Positions 21,957 through 32,879 of a stretch of DNA of 64,000 nt are shown here, in pieces. Source of the stretch: a bacterium (lineage in GTDB: Bacteria; SAR324; NAC60-12). How positions within the stretch are numbered: position 1 is the stretch's first letter; each line of letters opens with the position of its first letter. The notes below the pieces were generated by a model. The model worked only from the letters and a program-made list of their open reading frames with translations, ran no database searches and was not told the DNA's origin. A program made the position numbers and the translations under genes. The stretch spans positions 672,001 through 736,000 of the forward strand of contig CBDBHR010000029.1 of NCBI GenBank assembly GCA_965205865.1, read 5' to 3'.

Positions 21957-22859
21957 ATGACAGAGAAACGAATCATCCGTTTTGACTGGGCTATCAAAAC
22001 GGTCCTACGCGATAAAGCCAATTTTGATATTCTGGAAGGGTTTCTGACGGCTCTCCTCCAGGAAGAGATCCGCGTGGTTTCCCTTTTAGAGAGTGAGAGC
22101 AATAGCGCGGAGGAACAACAAAAGTTCAATCGGGTGGACCTTCTGGTGAAGGATTCTCAAGACCGTCATTTAATTATTGAAATCCAAAATCAGCAGGAAG
22201 CGGATTATTTGGAAAGACTGCTCTTCGGAACCTCGAAGGTGATTGTCGAAAACCTGCCACTCGGAGAGACCTACGATCAGATCAAAAAAGTCATTTCCAT
22301 CAGTATTCTTTACTTCAACCTGGGTTTGGGAAAGGATTATGTTTATTATGGAAAGACGGAATTTCGTGGCATCCATAGCAATGATCTCTTAAAAATCCGT
22401 GAGAAAGTCAAAGGTCCTGATCATCTCACTCACCTTCAAGCAAAAAAGAACCTCTTTCCTGAATACTACTTGATCCGTGTGGAGAGCTTCCAGGATATGA
22501 TCGAAGCGGACTTAGATGAATGGATCTATATGTTAAAACACGAATCCATCAAGTCGGAATTTAAATCGAAGCACATTCGTGAAACCGGGAAAAAATTAGA
22601 CCTTTTGAAAATGGGTTCTGAAGAACGCAAACGTTATGAAAGGTATCTTATGCATTTGGTTTCGGAACGAGGAATCATCGAAACAGCAAAAGCAGAGGGG
22701 AGAGAAGAAGGAATCGAAAAAGGAATCGAAAAAGGAATCGAAAAAGGAATCGAAAAAGGAATCACTGACATGGCAAGAGAAATGAAACAAAAAGGGATTG
22801 ATCTAAAAATGATCAGTGAAATTTCCGGATTGTCTCCGGAGGAGATTGAAAAATTATAA
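21957..22859 (+). CDS. Rpn family PD-(D/E)XK nuclease, copy 2
   Basis: Near-identical to copy 1; 4 EKGI repeats. Confidence 0.9.
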   Translation: MTEKRIIRFDWAIKTVLRDKANFDILEGFLTALLQEEIRVVSLLESESNSAEEQQKFNRVDLLVKDSQDRHLIIEIQNQQEADYLERLLFGTSKVIVENLPLGETYDQIKKVISISILYFNLGLGKDYVYYGKTEFRGIHSNDLLKIREKVKGPDHLTHLQAKKNLFPEYYLIRVESFQDMIEADLDEWIYMLKHESIKSEFKSKHIRETGKKLDLLKMGSEERKRYERYLMHLVSERGIIETAKAEGREEGIEKGIEKGIEKGIEKGITDMAREMKQKGIDLKMISEISGLSPEEIEKL

Positions 22860-22916
22860 GATCCTCTTACTTCTTTCCTAAAACGAGCAAACCATCAGCT
22901 TTAGCCCACCAATCCG

Positions 22917-23386
22917 GTGAATGCGCTGTGGATGGTTCCCGGGACCCACCAGCAGGACAAGCTCGATATCGTCGCACGGATCCAGGCATGGGGGTCGGAT
23001 CGTCTCCCGGGGGCCGTCCCGATACTGTGTCAACCGGGCAATGTGGTGATCATGAACCGCCAGGTGTTGCATGGACCCTTTGCCAACACCTCGACGGTCA
23101 TGCGGGCGACTTAGCAGTTTGGCTTTCACAGTAGAGAATTCCGCAACCAGGCGTCCCCGCGCCTCACAGAAATGTGGGGTATAAAGCCGGATGGACCAAG
23201 AGTGTAGGCCTCGTCATTGAGCCCCGAAAGCGAAGGATCATGTTGGAGGAAAGCCGACAGCCTTCAAGTGTCGGAAGGCAGCAGTCCGAGTGCGCATCAA
23301 AGGGCTGGCACAAGGACACCACCGAAAGGTCGACCCCGCATCGAAGAGCGGGGCATGCGCTCATATGAGTAAAGTAAGCAAAAGTC
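22917..23386 (+). pseudogene. Dioxygenase fragment plus group II intron domain I fragment (module 2)
   Basis: Near-identical to 12281-12756 with small indels. Confidence 0.65.
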
Positions 23387-23500
23387 GGGACTTGACCCCT
23401 TTATTGGGGATGGCACTCTGTGTGGTGACGCCTGGATGAGAAGGGGGCAAAAAAACTGGACTCATTCCTAATCAAATAATCAAAGGCCTGACCCCATCTC

Positions 23501-23587
23501 TCATGACTCGGGGACTCGGCGGGTCGTTACTGCCTTACCGAGTAAGAGACTTTCACTCTCTATTTCTTGCCAGCTTTCCTGGCGCAC
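23501..23587 (-). mobile_element. 5' fragment (87 nt) of the repeat-targeting group II intron
   Basis: Identical to the GTGCGCCAGGAAAG.. start of the intron ending at 62414; 5' exon is GGGGACAGGTT. Confidence 0.9.
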
Positions 23588-23627
23588 AACCTGTCCCCAT
23601 CTCTCGCCGTCATTGGTATCCCTGAGC

Positions 23628-24437
23628 TTACGCAGTTTCCAGCAAATGCTGGAGAGCGGCTTCTAAGTGAGGCGTATGCTTCGTCAGCACTGGTACGAGG
23701 GTGTCGTCGGTGACCTCGAAGCACAACGGGGTGACGGATATGAGCCCCCTATTGAGAGCCCAGACATCCGTCCCCTCTTCGATGTCGGGATGGTCCTCCG
23801 CGATGGCGGAAAGCTTCTGATAATAGAGTCCATCGTTGCCCTGTTCCGTTCTCAATCTCCAGTATGCAAGAGAAGAGAGTTTGGTGACGACAATACCCCG
23901 GATTTCTCCGCGAGAGACACTGGGGACATTCACATTGAGGGTAATGCCCGCCGGCATTTCACCCTCTGCTATGCGGCGCGCCAACAATTCGGAAACCCTA
24001 CCGGCAAGGTGGAAAAGCGGCTCTCTTTGGTCTTGCGGCCCCTGTTGGCTCAGAGAGATGGCCATTGATGGGATCCTGCGGGTATGAGCCACTCGAGTCG
24101 CCATGGTAGTCCCCGATCCAAGGATACCATGACTGACGTTGGCACCCGTGTTGATGCCGGAGACGACGAGTTCAATATTCCCTTCAGCCAAGGGCCCTAA
24201 CCCCAGGAACACACAATCGCTTGGTGTGCCGCTGACGGCATAGGCACGTGCTCCCTTGATGGAAGCAGTTCGTTCAGCAACAACAATGCCGTTATGAAAG
24301 GATACGGCGGTTCCCACGCCACTCTGCTCTTGGTCCGGGGCAACAATGAGCACTTCCCCGATCCGACTCATCGCTTCGGCGAGAACCCGGATGCCGGGCG
24401 ATTCGATGCCGTCGTCGTTTGTGACCAGAATCTTCAT
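23628..24437 (-). CDS. surE: 5'/3'-nucleotidase SurE
   Basis: ILVTNDDG, APDQEQSG, GTPSDC, SGINTGAN, SGT. Confidence 0.93.
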   Translation of the reverse strand: MKILVTNDDGIESPGIRVLAEAMSRIGEVLIVAPDQEQSGVGTAVSFHNGIVVAERTASIKGARAYAVSGTPSDCVFLGLGPLAEGNIELVVSGINTGANVSHGILGSGTTMATRVAHTRRIPSMAISLSQQGPQDQREPLFHLAGRVSELLARRIAEGEMPAGITLNVNVPSVSRGEIRGIVVTKLSSLAYWRLRTEQGNDGLYYQKLSAIAEDHPDIEEGTDVWALNRGLISVTPLCFEVTDDTLVPVLTKHTPHLEAALQHLLETA

Positions 24438-24515
24438 GGACTTTGTCCCTATTTTGAATTGGAATGGGTCAAAACGGTGCTTCTCAGGGAAACGCTTGTG
24501 AAAACCCCCACACCG

Positions 24516-26726
24516 TCACTCGTCGAGGAGTGCGACCACACCGGTGTCGCCATCCACACGGATCACCTGCCCGTGCTTGATCCTCTTGGTGGCAATCCCG
24601 AGACCGAGCACTGCCGGAATGCCATATTCCCGCGCAACGATCGACCCGTGGGCGAGGATACTGCCCAGATCGGTGACCAGGCCGGCGGCATGGGCAAAGA
24701 GCTGCGTCCAGGCCGGCGTGGTCAACGGAGCAACCAGGATCGATCCCGGCTCTCACTTGTCAAAATCCGCCGGGCCCAGAACCACGCTGGCCTTGGCGGT
24801 CACCTGACCGGAGCTTACCGCAAAACCACGTATGGTAGCACTGGAATCATCATTGAGGATCTGTGCGGTCGTCGCTGCCGCTTGGGCAACAATCCTGTTT
24901 TCCCCCGCCTCTTCAGGAACGACTACCGGCGGGAGATGCTTTCTTCGTGCCTCTCGGAGCTCTCGTCGCTCCGCCGCCAACTCACCCAATCGGGGCAAGG
25001 CTTTGCCCGACTGGCGCGCCTCAATCGCCTGGTTCAACTCGTCGGTGAGCAGGTAGAAGGTGTCTTCGGCATCCAAGAAGGTGCCCACTTCCACCAGGCG
25101 ATGGCCCAGTTCGAAAACCATGGGGCGCAATACCGACCAGCACGAGCCCACCAGGAAGGAGACTTCGTCTTCCCGTAGGCGGGATTCTCGCTTTCCGGCA
25201 TCGTCACCTGAAACGCCAGCTCATCAAGAGGCTGCGAGGCCTCGAATGTGCGAAACGCTTGTCGATCCACCTCCGACAAGTCCGCAACCATTAACGCCAG
25301 GTCATGTTGTTCCTGATCAGGAGCATCCGTGTCGAACGGATGTTTAGGAAGCTCGTCGGCATAGGGCTCTCGCTGCTCGTGCACATGCGGATTGTCCATC
25401 CGGAGGTACGCGTAACCGTTCAGACTCACCATCAGTGCCCCACCGTCGACGAAGGGGCTTTTTTTGCCGCCCGAATGGGGTTTGATCGCCAATCCAGGCC
25501 ATCGGTCAGGTACAACTCGTCAAACAACGGGCAGAGGGGGTCGGGCATGTTTTCGACAATATTGCGGCGCACCAGATGGCGGACCGGTGGTCTCGGGGTC
25601 CAGTCGACCTCGATCGGCTGTACCGGGAGATGGGTGATCGGCCGGGATTGCAGCAAGTGCAGCTTGCCACCGGAGAACGCCCATTCGATATCCTGCGGCA
25701 GGTCATTGTACAGCTGCTCCACTTTAAGGGCCGTTTCCACCAACTCGCTCAGCATGGCATCGGCCAGGGAGGACTGTGCTCGCTCACCCTCGGACACCTC
25801 CTCCAGGCATATCCCCTGCTCGCCGTCGGCCACAATCTTCTGCTCTTTGGGGCCAATCAGGGTTTCCTTTGCGGTCCTGGAGCCCTTATCGATGATGTAG
25901 GTATCGGGAGTGACCTTTCCGCTCACCACCGCTTCGCCAAGACCGAAGCTGGCGTTGATAATCATCTCACCGCGCTCCCCGGTAGCTGGGTTCGCTGTAA
26001 ACAGGATGCCCGACACTTCCGCTGGCACCATCCTCTGGACCACCACGGCCATGGCCACGGAGTCCTGAGCGATCCCGTTCCGGTGCCGGTAACTGATGGC
26101 CTGCGCCGTCCACAGCGAGGCCCAACAATGCTTCACTGCCGCCACAACGGCTTGCGCGCCGGTGACGTTGAGAAAGGTTTCCTGCTGGCCGGCGAAGGAC
26201 AGCCCCGGCAGGTCTTCCGCATTTGCTGAAGAGCGTACCGCGAGCGCGGGTTCGCCTGCCAGCGCACGATAGGCTTCGCTAATTTCAGCACTAATCTCGG
26301 CTGAGAGTTCGGTGTCGGCAAACAGTTGCCGGATGGCGGCGGATGATTGCTCGAAGGAGGCTCTTCCCTCCACGACAGCGGGCTTGGCTAATTCAATGAT
26401 TTGTTCCTGCAGGCCGTTATACTGTGAACGGATGTTTTCTTCATTTTTTATCATCCTGAGGGAACTGAAGGATCTTCTTGACTCCCATGAGATTCTTGCT
26501 TAGGCAGCCACTTTAGCTCAGAATGAAAGGTCTTTTGAAAAGTGAAATTTAAACCCGTTCATAGTATATCAGTGACAAAACGCCGATAAGCCGCTGTGGT
26601 TATCTGAAAACCGCCAGGTACCTGGAAACCGGCGTTTGCCAACTTCGCAAGCGAGCGGCCTTTACCCCCGACGACTTCAAGCGCGTCGTCTTTTGTATCA
26701 AGTGAGGTGATGATGGTTATTTTCAT
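24516..26726 (-). pseudogene. PEP/pyruvate-binding + PEP-utilising mobile domain enzyme (PEP synthase / rifampin phosphotransferase-like), disrupted
   Basis: KGRSLAKL..GFQVP, AVRSSANAED..SFAGQ, DIEWA, LQSRPIT, TTPAWT..HGSIVAREYGIP spread over several frames; interrupted by a MITE. Confidence 0.85.
26420..26566. mobile_element. 147-bp MITE with TA target duplication (IS630/Tc1-type)
   Basis: TIRs TACTGTGAACGG / CCGTTCATAGTA flanked by TA; removal restores the in-frame V-T-D-N-G-L-Q of the host gene. Confidence 0.85.
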
Positions 26727-26812
26727 TTTTCTGATGACTAATTAATTGGAATAAACCCTACCTCTGGTGGGGGACTCCTATAGGTTTGACCGTGCGCAGT
26801 GGTCATATTTTA

Positions 26813-27003
26813 GTCCCGGAGGGACGAAAGGTCATAGCTCAGCCATTGATGGCTGGGGACCGATTTTTATGATGGATCCAGTCCCGGAGGGACGACACTT
26901 AAAGCGCACTGAAGAAAAAGTGTCGTCCCTCTGGGACTAAAAACGTTTTGTGGCCTATCCCAGCCATAAATGGCTGGGATAGGCCCTGTCACCCCTCCGG
27001 GGT
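26813..27003. repeat. Palindromic REP-like element (AGTCCCGGAGGGACG / CAGCCAT..ATGGCTG hairpins)
   Basis: AGTCCCGGAGGGACG twice plus inverted CGTCCCTCTGGGACT; CCCAGCCATAAATGGCTGGG hairpin. Confidence 0.7.
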
Positions 27004-27083
27004 TTTCTCACCTTCACCTGTGTGAGATCGAACCGGACCCCTCGGGGGGACCCAATAAATAGCCTTTGAGGCGTTCACAATAA

Positions 27084-27107
27084 TAAGCCACCGGCTTTAG
27101 CCGGTGG
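27084..27107. mobile_element. IS200/IS605-like end hairpin
   Basis: AAGCCACCGGCTTTAGCCGGTGG; no tnpA nearby. Confidence 0.5.
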
Positions 27108-27112
27108 TCACT

Positions 27113-28068
27113 TTAAATGAAAGGGTTGATCAGCCGGGCGAGGAGGCCTCGTTTGCGTTTCCTGGCGCCGTAACTTCCCTGCCCGCCCTTCAGCCGGGGG
27201 TCGAGCAGATCCCTGAGGGCATCGCCGAACATGTTGAGGCTGTAGACGGTAATCGTCAGGCAAAGCCCCGGCCAGAGCGCCAGCTGGGGGGCTAATTCCA
27301 TGTACTGACGCCCTTCCCGGCTGAGCATCCCGCCCCAGCTGGGAACCTTGAGAGGTAGACCAAATCCGAGGAAGCTCAGCGACGCCTCACTGATAATCAC
27401 CGCCCCGATGTTGATGCTGAAGATGATGAGGACGGGCGCCATAATATTGGGCAGGACATGGCGGATCAGGATTTGGCTCGTGGGGGTACCCACGGCCTTG
27501 GCTGCCAGAAAATAGTCATTCTCTTTGACCCCAATCACGGCGCCCCGGACGACTCGGGAGCCACCGATGCCGCCGGATATCCCCAGGACCACGATGATCT
27601 GGAATAAACCCTGCCCGACGATGGTCATGATGGTTAACAAGAGCAGCAGTCCCGGGAAGGCCATCCAGGCATCGACAAAGCGTTGCGCAGCCAGGTCGAC
27701 TTTCCCCCCAAAGAATCCGGAAGTGCCGCCGATGAGGAGCGCGACCACCACATTCAGCAGGGTCGCGGACAGACCGACCATTAACGAAATGCGAGCCCCG
27801 ACGATCAGGCGGCTCAAGAAGTCCCGCCCCATGTGGTCGGTCCCCAGGAGATACCGGGCTGAGGGGGCATGCAGGATGTCTACTAAGTGCATTTCATAAT
27901 AGGGATAAGGCGCCAGAACATCGGCAAAGAGACTGACAAAAATCAAGAGCAATACGATAACCCCGCAGAACGACCCCAGCGGTTTCTCCTTGAGAAGCCT
28001 GATCAGGAAATACGCCAGCCGGCCCCGTCGCTTGGGCTTCCTTACTACTGATTGTGTTTCTTGGGTGT
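27113..28068 (-). pseudogene. DppC-like permease paralog lacking its native start codon
   Basis: Frame is open to D-T-Q-E-T (paralog begins MNNTQET) but is preceded by TAG; could still be translated from an internal TTG. Confidence 0.7.
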
Positions 28069-28069
28069 C

Positions 28070-28368
28070 CTAGATTGACTTGCAACTGGGTGGCATTCCG
28101 CTCCATTATGAAAATTACAAAGGCACTACTGAGGGGTCGCAAAAGGAGTCTCTATCGATTCCTTCCATTGTCCGACAAACCCAAGCAGAGAATATGGAGG
28201 CTTTCATTGACAAAATCCAAAATGATGAGGCCTTTGTGAAACAATGGATCAAAGTGTCAAAGGACAATATCAACCACTCTCGAAAAGCAACTAAAGAACT
28301 CCTGGATTTGGACGAGATTAATGATATTGCGCTGCCAAAAACGGCCTGATATAAAAGTGTGCCATCGG
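28070..28368 (+). mobile_element. Possible transposase 3' remnant
   Basis: Frameshifted AT-rich ORF tail ending in ..AAGTGTGCCATCGG, which resembles an IS end; it truncates dppC. Confidence 0.35.
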
Positions 28369-28481
28369 CAAAAATTATCAAAAAAAAATTTTCGAAAACT
28401 CAAGAATATATTGCTTGACAAGACAATGCAATTGCATTACCTTATAAAGGGAGGGATGAATATATATATTTTTATCGGGAG

Positions 28482-28817
28482 GTGATTATGGCTCAGTTAT
28501 CTTTATACAGTGACTCTATGCTGACAAATCGGTACCAAACCACAATACCGGATATGGTAAGAAAAGCACTTCATTTAAAAAAACGCGATAAGATCCTTTA
28601 TACTCTTCAAGCTGATGGAACGGTAATGATATCTCGTGCGGATCAGGATGAAAACGATCCTGTTTTGTCTCAGTTCTTATCCTTTCTAGCAAAGGATATC
28701 AGCCAAAACCCTAAAAACGTAAGTTCCCTAGGCTCTGATTTGGTTGAGCGCATCCGGCCCCTCGTCTCTAGCGTTGAAATAGACCTAAATACCCCTCTTT
28801 CTGATGAGGATGATTAA
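28482..28817 (+). CDS. prlF: PrlF (SohA) family antitoxin
   Basis: LTNRYQTTIP..VRKALHL, DPVL..FL.FLA.DI, IDLNTPLS. Confidence 0.9.
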   Translation: MIMAQLSLYSDSMLTNRYQTTIPDMVRKALHLKKRDKILYTLQADGTVMISRADQDENDPVLSQFLSFLAKDISQNPKNVSSLGSDLVERIRPLVSSVEIDLNTPLSDEDD

Positions 28818-28819
28818 GT

Positions 28820-29313
28820 GTGACAAAAGTAAAATCTTTAGTCATCAAGGGGTGGAATATATTTGGCCATGCTTTATTCTTAGACCAAGTGGAATCGCTC
28901 ATCGAGCAAGTGGAATTGCTACGCCAGAAAGATCCTGTCCATTACAAAAAAAAGAATGTGACAAAACGTCTTGCAACCATTTTGAGGCTAGCTTTTGAAA
29001 TCATCCCTCAAGATCCCACTCTTCCGGAGTATCGTCAAGGAATGACGCTCGGAGATCCTCACAAACATTGGTTTCGGGTAAAATTCTTTCAGCAATATCG
29101 GCTTTTTTTCGATATCACTTAGAAAGCAAGGTCATTGTTTATGTTTGGGTGAATGATGAAAGGACGAAACGAGCATTCAACCGGAAAACAGATGCTTATC
29201 GAATATTTAAGAAAATGCTGGAAAAGGGACATCCCCCTAATAATTGGGAACAGCTGATCAAAGAAGCTAAAACCGAAACAACCCGTCTCAAAAAAGCGAT
29301 TGGTGAAAAATGA
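28820..29313 (+). pseudogene. yhaV: YhaV family toxin, frameshifted
   Basis: IPQDPT..YRQG.TLG..HKHWFRVKFFQQYRLFF, then RYHLESKVIVYVWVND..DAY..F.KML.KGHPP in another frame; break in the T7 run at 29103-29109. Confidence 0.88.
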
Positions 29314-29430
29314 GGTCAGCTTCCTCATTGGTTTCCTTTCAAAAAATGAGAAATCACATGAAGAACTGGTAAAAACGAGAGGAGGTGATTATACTCAAAT
29401 GTCAACGTCCAACCAATCGGAGCGAAAACT

Positions 29431-30345
29431 ATGACAGAGAAACGAATCATCCGTTTTGACTGGGCTATCAAAACGGTCCTACGCGATAAAGCCAATTTTG
29501 ATATTTTGGAAGGGTTTCTGACGGCTCTCCTCCAGGAAGAGATCCGCGTGGTTTCCCTTTTAGAGAGTGAGAGCAATAGCGCGGAGGAACAACAAAAGTT
29601 CAATCGGGTGGACCTACTGGTGAAGGATTCTCAAGACCGTCATTTAATTATTGAAATTCAAAATCAGCAGGAAGCGGATTATTTGGAAAGACTGCTCTTC
29701 GGAACCTCGAAGGTGATTGTCGAAAACCTGCCACTCGGAGAGACCTACGATCAGATCAAAAAAGTCATTTCCATCAGTATTCTTTACTTCAACCTGGGTT
29801 TGGGAATGGATTATGTTTATTATGGAAAGACGGAATTTCGTGGCATCCATAGCAATGATCTCTTAAAAATCCGTGAGAAAGTCAAAGGTCCTGATCATCT
29901 CACTCATCTTCAAGCAAAAAAGAACCTCTTTCCTGAATACTACTTGATCCGTGTGGAGAGCTTCCAGGATATGATCGAAGCGGACTTGGATGAATGGATC
30001 TATATGTTAAAACACGAATCCATCAAGTCGGAATTTAAATCGAAGCACATTCATGAAGCCGGGAAAAAATTAGACCTTTTGAAATTGGGTTCTGAAGAAC
30101 GCAAACGTTATGAAAGGTATCTTATGCATTTGGTTTCGGAACGAGGAATCATCGAGACAGCAAAAGCAGAGGGAAGAGAAGAAGGAATCGAAAAAGGAAT
30201 CGAAAAAGGAATCGAAAAAGGAATCGAAAAAGGAATCGAAAAAGGAATCGCTGACATGGCAAGAGAAATGAAACAAAAAGGGATTGATCTAAAAATGATC
30301 AGTGAAATTTCCGGATTGTCTCCGGAGGAAATTGAAAAATTATAA
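29431..30345 (+). CDS. Rpn family PD-(D/E)XK nuclease, copy 3
   Basis: Near-identical to copies 1 and 2; 5 EKGI repeats. Confidence 0.9.
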   Translation: MTEKRIIRFDWAIKTVLRDKANFDILEGFLTALLQEEIRVVSLLESESNSAEEQQKFNRVDLLVKDSQDRHLIIEIQNQQEADYLERLLFGTSKVIVENLPLGETYDQIKKVISISILYFNLGLGMDYVYYGKTEFRGIHSNDLLKIREKVKGPDHLTHLQAKKNLFPEYYLIRVESFQDMIEADLDEWIYMLKHESIKSEFKSKHIHEAGKKLDLLKLGSEERKRYERYLMHLVSERGIIETAKAEGREEGIEKGIEKGIEKGIEKGIEKGIADMAREMKQKGIDLKMISEISGLSPEEIEKL

Positions 30346-30401
30346 ACTCCTCTTATTCTTTCCAAAAACGAGCTAACCATCAGCTTTACCCCACCAATCC
30401 G

Positions 30402-30877
30402 GTGAATGCGCTGTGGGTGGTTCCCGGGACCCACCAGCAGGACAAGCTCGATATCGTCGCACGGACCCAGGCCAATGGGGGGTCGGATCGTCTCCCGTGG
30501 GCCGTCCCGATGCCGTGTCAACCGGGCGATGTGGTGATCATGAACTGCCAGGTGTTGCATGGATCCTTTGCCAACACCTCGCCGGTCATGCAGGCGACTT
30601 AGCAGTTTGGCTTTCACAGTAGAGAAGTCCGCAACCAGGCGTCCCCGCACCTCACAGTAATGTGGGGTATAAAGCCGGATGGACCAAGAGTGTAGGCCTC
30701 GTCATTGAGCCCCAAAAGCGAAGGATCATGTTGGAGGAAAGCCGACAGCATTCAAGTGTCGGAAGGCAGCAGTCCAAGTGCGCATCAAAGGGCTGACACA
30801 AGGACAGCACCGAAAGGTCGACCCCGCAGGATCGAAGAGCGGGGCATGCGCTCATATGAGTAAAGTAAGCAAAAGTC
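30402..30877 (+). pseudogene. Dioxygenase fragment plus group II intron domain I fragment (module 3)
   Basis: Near-identical to 12281-12756. Confidence 0.65.
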
Positions 30878-30978
30878 GGGACTTGACCCCTTTACTGAGC
30901 ATCCCCCCAGTTGGGAACATCGGGTGGTAAGCCCAGTCCAAGGAAGCTCAGCGCGGCCTCCCACAAAGGGAGAGATTC

Positions 30979-31947
30979 CTACTGATGGAAGGGGTTGACC
31001 AGTCGGGCCAGGAGGCCTCGTTTGCGTTTCTTTGCGGCGCCGTAACTGCCCTCACCACCCCGTAGCCGGGGATCGAGCAGGTCCCTGAGGGCATCGCCGA
31101 ACATGTTGAAGGAGTAGACGACAATCGTCAGGCAAAGCCCCGGCCAGAGTGCCAGCCAGGGGGCCTGCTCCATGTACTTGCGCCCTTCCCGGCTGAGCAT
31201 GCCGCCCCAATCAGGAATGGTGGGTGGCAGACCGTATCCGAGGAAGCCCAGAGAAGCCAAAGACATAATCACCCCCCCGATGTTAATGGAGAAGATAATA
31301 ATGACAGGTGCCATAATATTGGGTAGCACATGGTGGTTGAGGATTTTGCTCGTGGGGGTGCCCACGGCTTGGGCTGCCAGAAAATAGTCATTCTCTTTGA
31401 TACCGATCACGGCGCTTCTGATGACTCTCGAGCCGCTGATGCCTCCGGCAACCCCCAGCACTACGATGATCTGGAGGAGACCCTTTCCCACAATGGACAT
31501 GATGGTCAGCAAGAGCAGCAGTCCCGGAAAAGCCATCCAGGCATCGACAAAGCGCTGCACCGCCAGGTCCACTTTACCCCCCAGAAATCCGGAAGTGCCG
31601 CCGATCAGGACAGCGATGAGCACATTGAGCACGGTCGCCGCCAGACCGACAAGCACGGAGATACGCGCCCCGATGATCAGGCGGCTGAGCAAGTCTCGTC
31701 CCGCCTGGTCGGTCCCTAGAAGATACTGGGATGATGGGCCCTGAAGCCTGTCTATCAGGTGCATTTCCTTATAGGGATAAGGCGCCAGCGCATCGGCAAA
31801 GATCGCGACAAAAATCAAGAGCAAGACGATCATCCCGCAGAACGTACCGAGGGGCTTCTCTTTGAGCAGCCTGATCAAGAAATCCGCCAGCCGGAAACGT
31901 CTCTTGGGCTCACGGGTGGGGGAGGGTGTTTCTTGGGTGTTGTTCAT
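30979..31947 (-). CDS. Peptide ABC transporter permease (DppC-like)
   Basis: LGTDQAGRD, HVLPN, GDALRDLLDPR. Confidence 0.92.
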   Translation of the reverse strand: MNNTQETPSPTREPKRRFRLADFLIRLLKEKPLGTFCGMIVLLLIFVAIFADALAPYPYKEMHLIDRLQGPSSQYLLGTDQAGRDLLSRLIIGARISVLVGLAATVLNVLIAVLIGGTSGFLGGKVDLAVQRFVDAWMAFPGLLLLLTIMSIVGKGLLQIIVVLGVAGGISGSRVIRSAVIGIKENDYFLAAQAVGTPTSKILNHHVLPNIMAPVIIIFSINIGGVIMSLASLGFLGYGLPPTIPDWGGMLSREGRKYMEQAPWLALWPGLCLTIVVYSFNMFGDALRDLLDPRLRGGEGSYGAAKKRKRGLLARLVNPFHQ

Positions 31948-32056
31948 GATTTAGGTATTTAGGCTGAAGGCTGAAGACCGAAGATTAGGTATTTAGGCTG
32001 GTTGACCGACAAATCTCACACAATTCTCTTAAATTTAGAACTCAATTCTCGTTATT

Positions 32057-32146
32057 GTCATTCCTGGCTTGCCCAGGAATCCACCGGGCTGGCGTTCCAG
32101 GGGGCTTACCGACTTTTCCTAGATCCCGGATCAAGTCCGGGATGAC
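32057..32146. repeat. GTCATTCC..GGGATGAC palindromic intergenic repeat
   Basis: GTCATTCCTGGCTTGCCCAGGAATCC ... GATCCCGGATCAAGTCCGGGATGAC. Confidence 0.7.
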
Positions 32147-32246
32147 ACAAAAAGGGTTAATTACTTCGTAACACCTGTACTAGTAGGCTGAGGATTGAAG
32201 TTTAGACTGATGCCCTAACAGTCTTCAGTCTTCAGTCTAACCCCCT

Positions 32247-32879
32247 TTATTGATACCGAACCCTGGGGTCCAAGAAAGCATAAAACAGGTCGATGATGAG
32301 ATTGATCCCCAAAACCGCAGTAGCAAAAATCAGGTTTATTGCGGAGACTACCGGATAGTCTCTGCTATCGAGGGCAGCCACAAACATACGGCCTATCCCC
32401 GGCAGAACGAATATCTGCTCCAAGATAACGGAGCCCCCGATCAGGAGGGGGAGCTGCATGCCGATCAGGGTCACGACTGGGATGAGGGCATTCTTGATGG
32501 CGTGCCGCATGACAACCACCCGCTCCCTGAGACCCTTGGCCTAGGCCGTCCTGATGTAGTCCTGCCGGAGCACCTCCAGCATCATGGTGCGCGTCATCCG
32601 CATGGTGGCGGCAGACATGGCTGTCCCCAGAATCACGGCCGGAATGAGGAACATCCCAAGATTCCCCAGCGGGTCTTCCTTGAAGGGAATCAGCTTCACT
32701 GATGGCGACCAGCCCCACCAGAGTGCCGGGTAGAGCATGACCATAATTCCCAGCCAGAAGTTCGGCGTTGCCAGGCCAATGACGGCCGCGGTGCGCCCTG
32801 CATAGTCGGTGGCTGTATCCTGGCGGATCGCCGAGTAGATGCCGACGGGCAGGGCGATGACGAGCCCAATTACGATTGA
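32247..32879 (-). pseudogene. DppB-like permease, 5'-truncated with a nonsense codon
   Basis: DYIRTA*AKG (TAG at 32541-32543 where the paralog has W); homology stops at about 32879. Confidence 0.88.
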
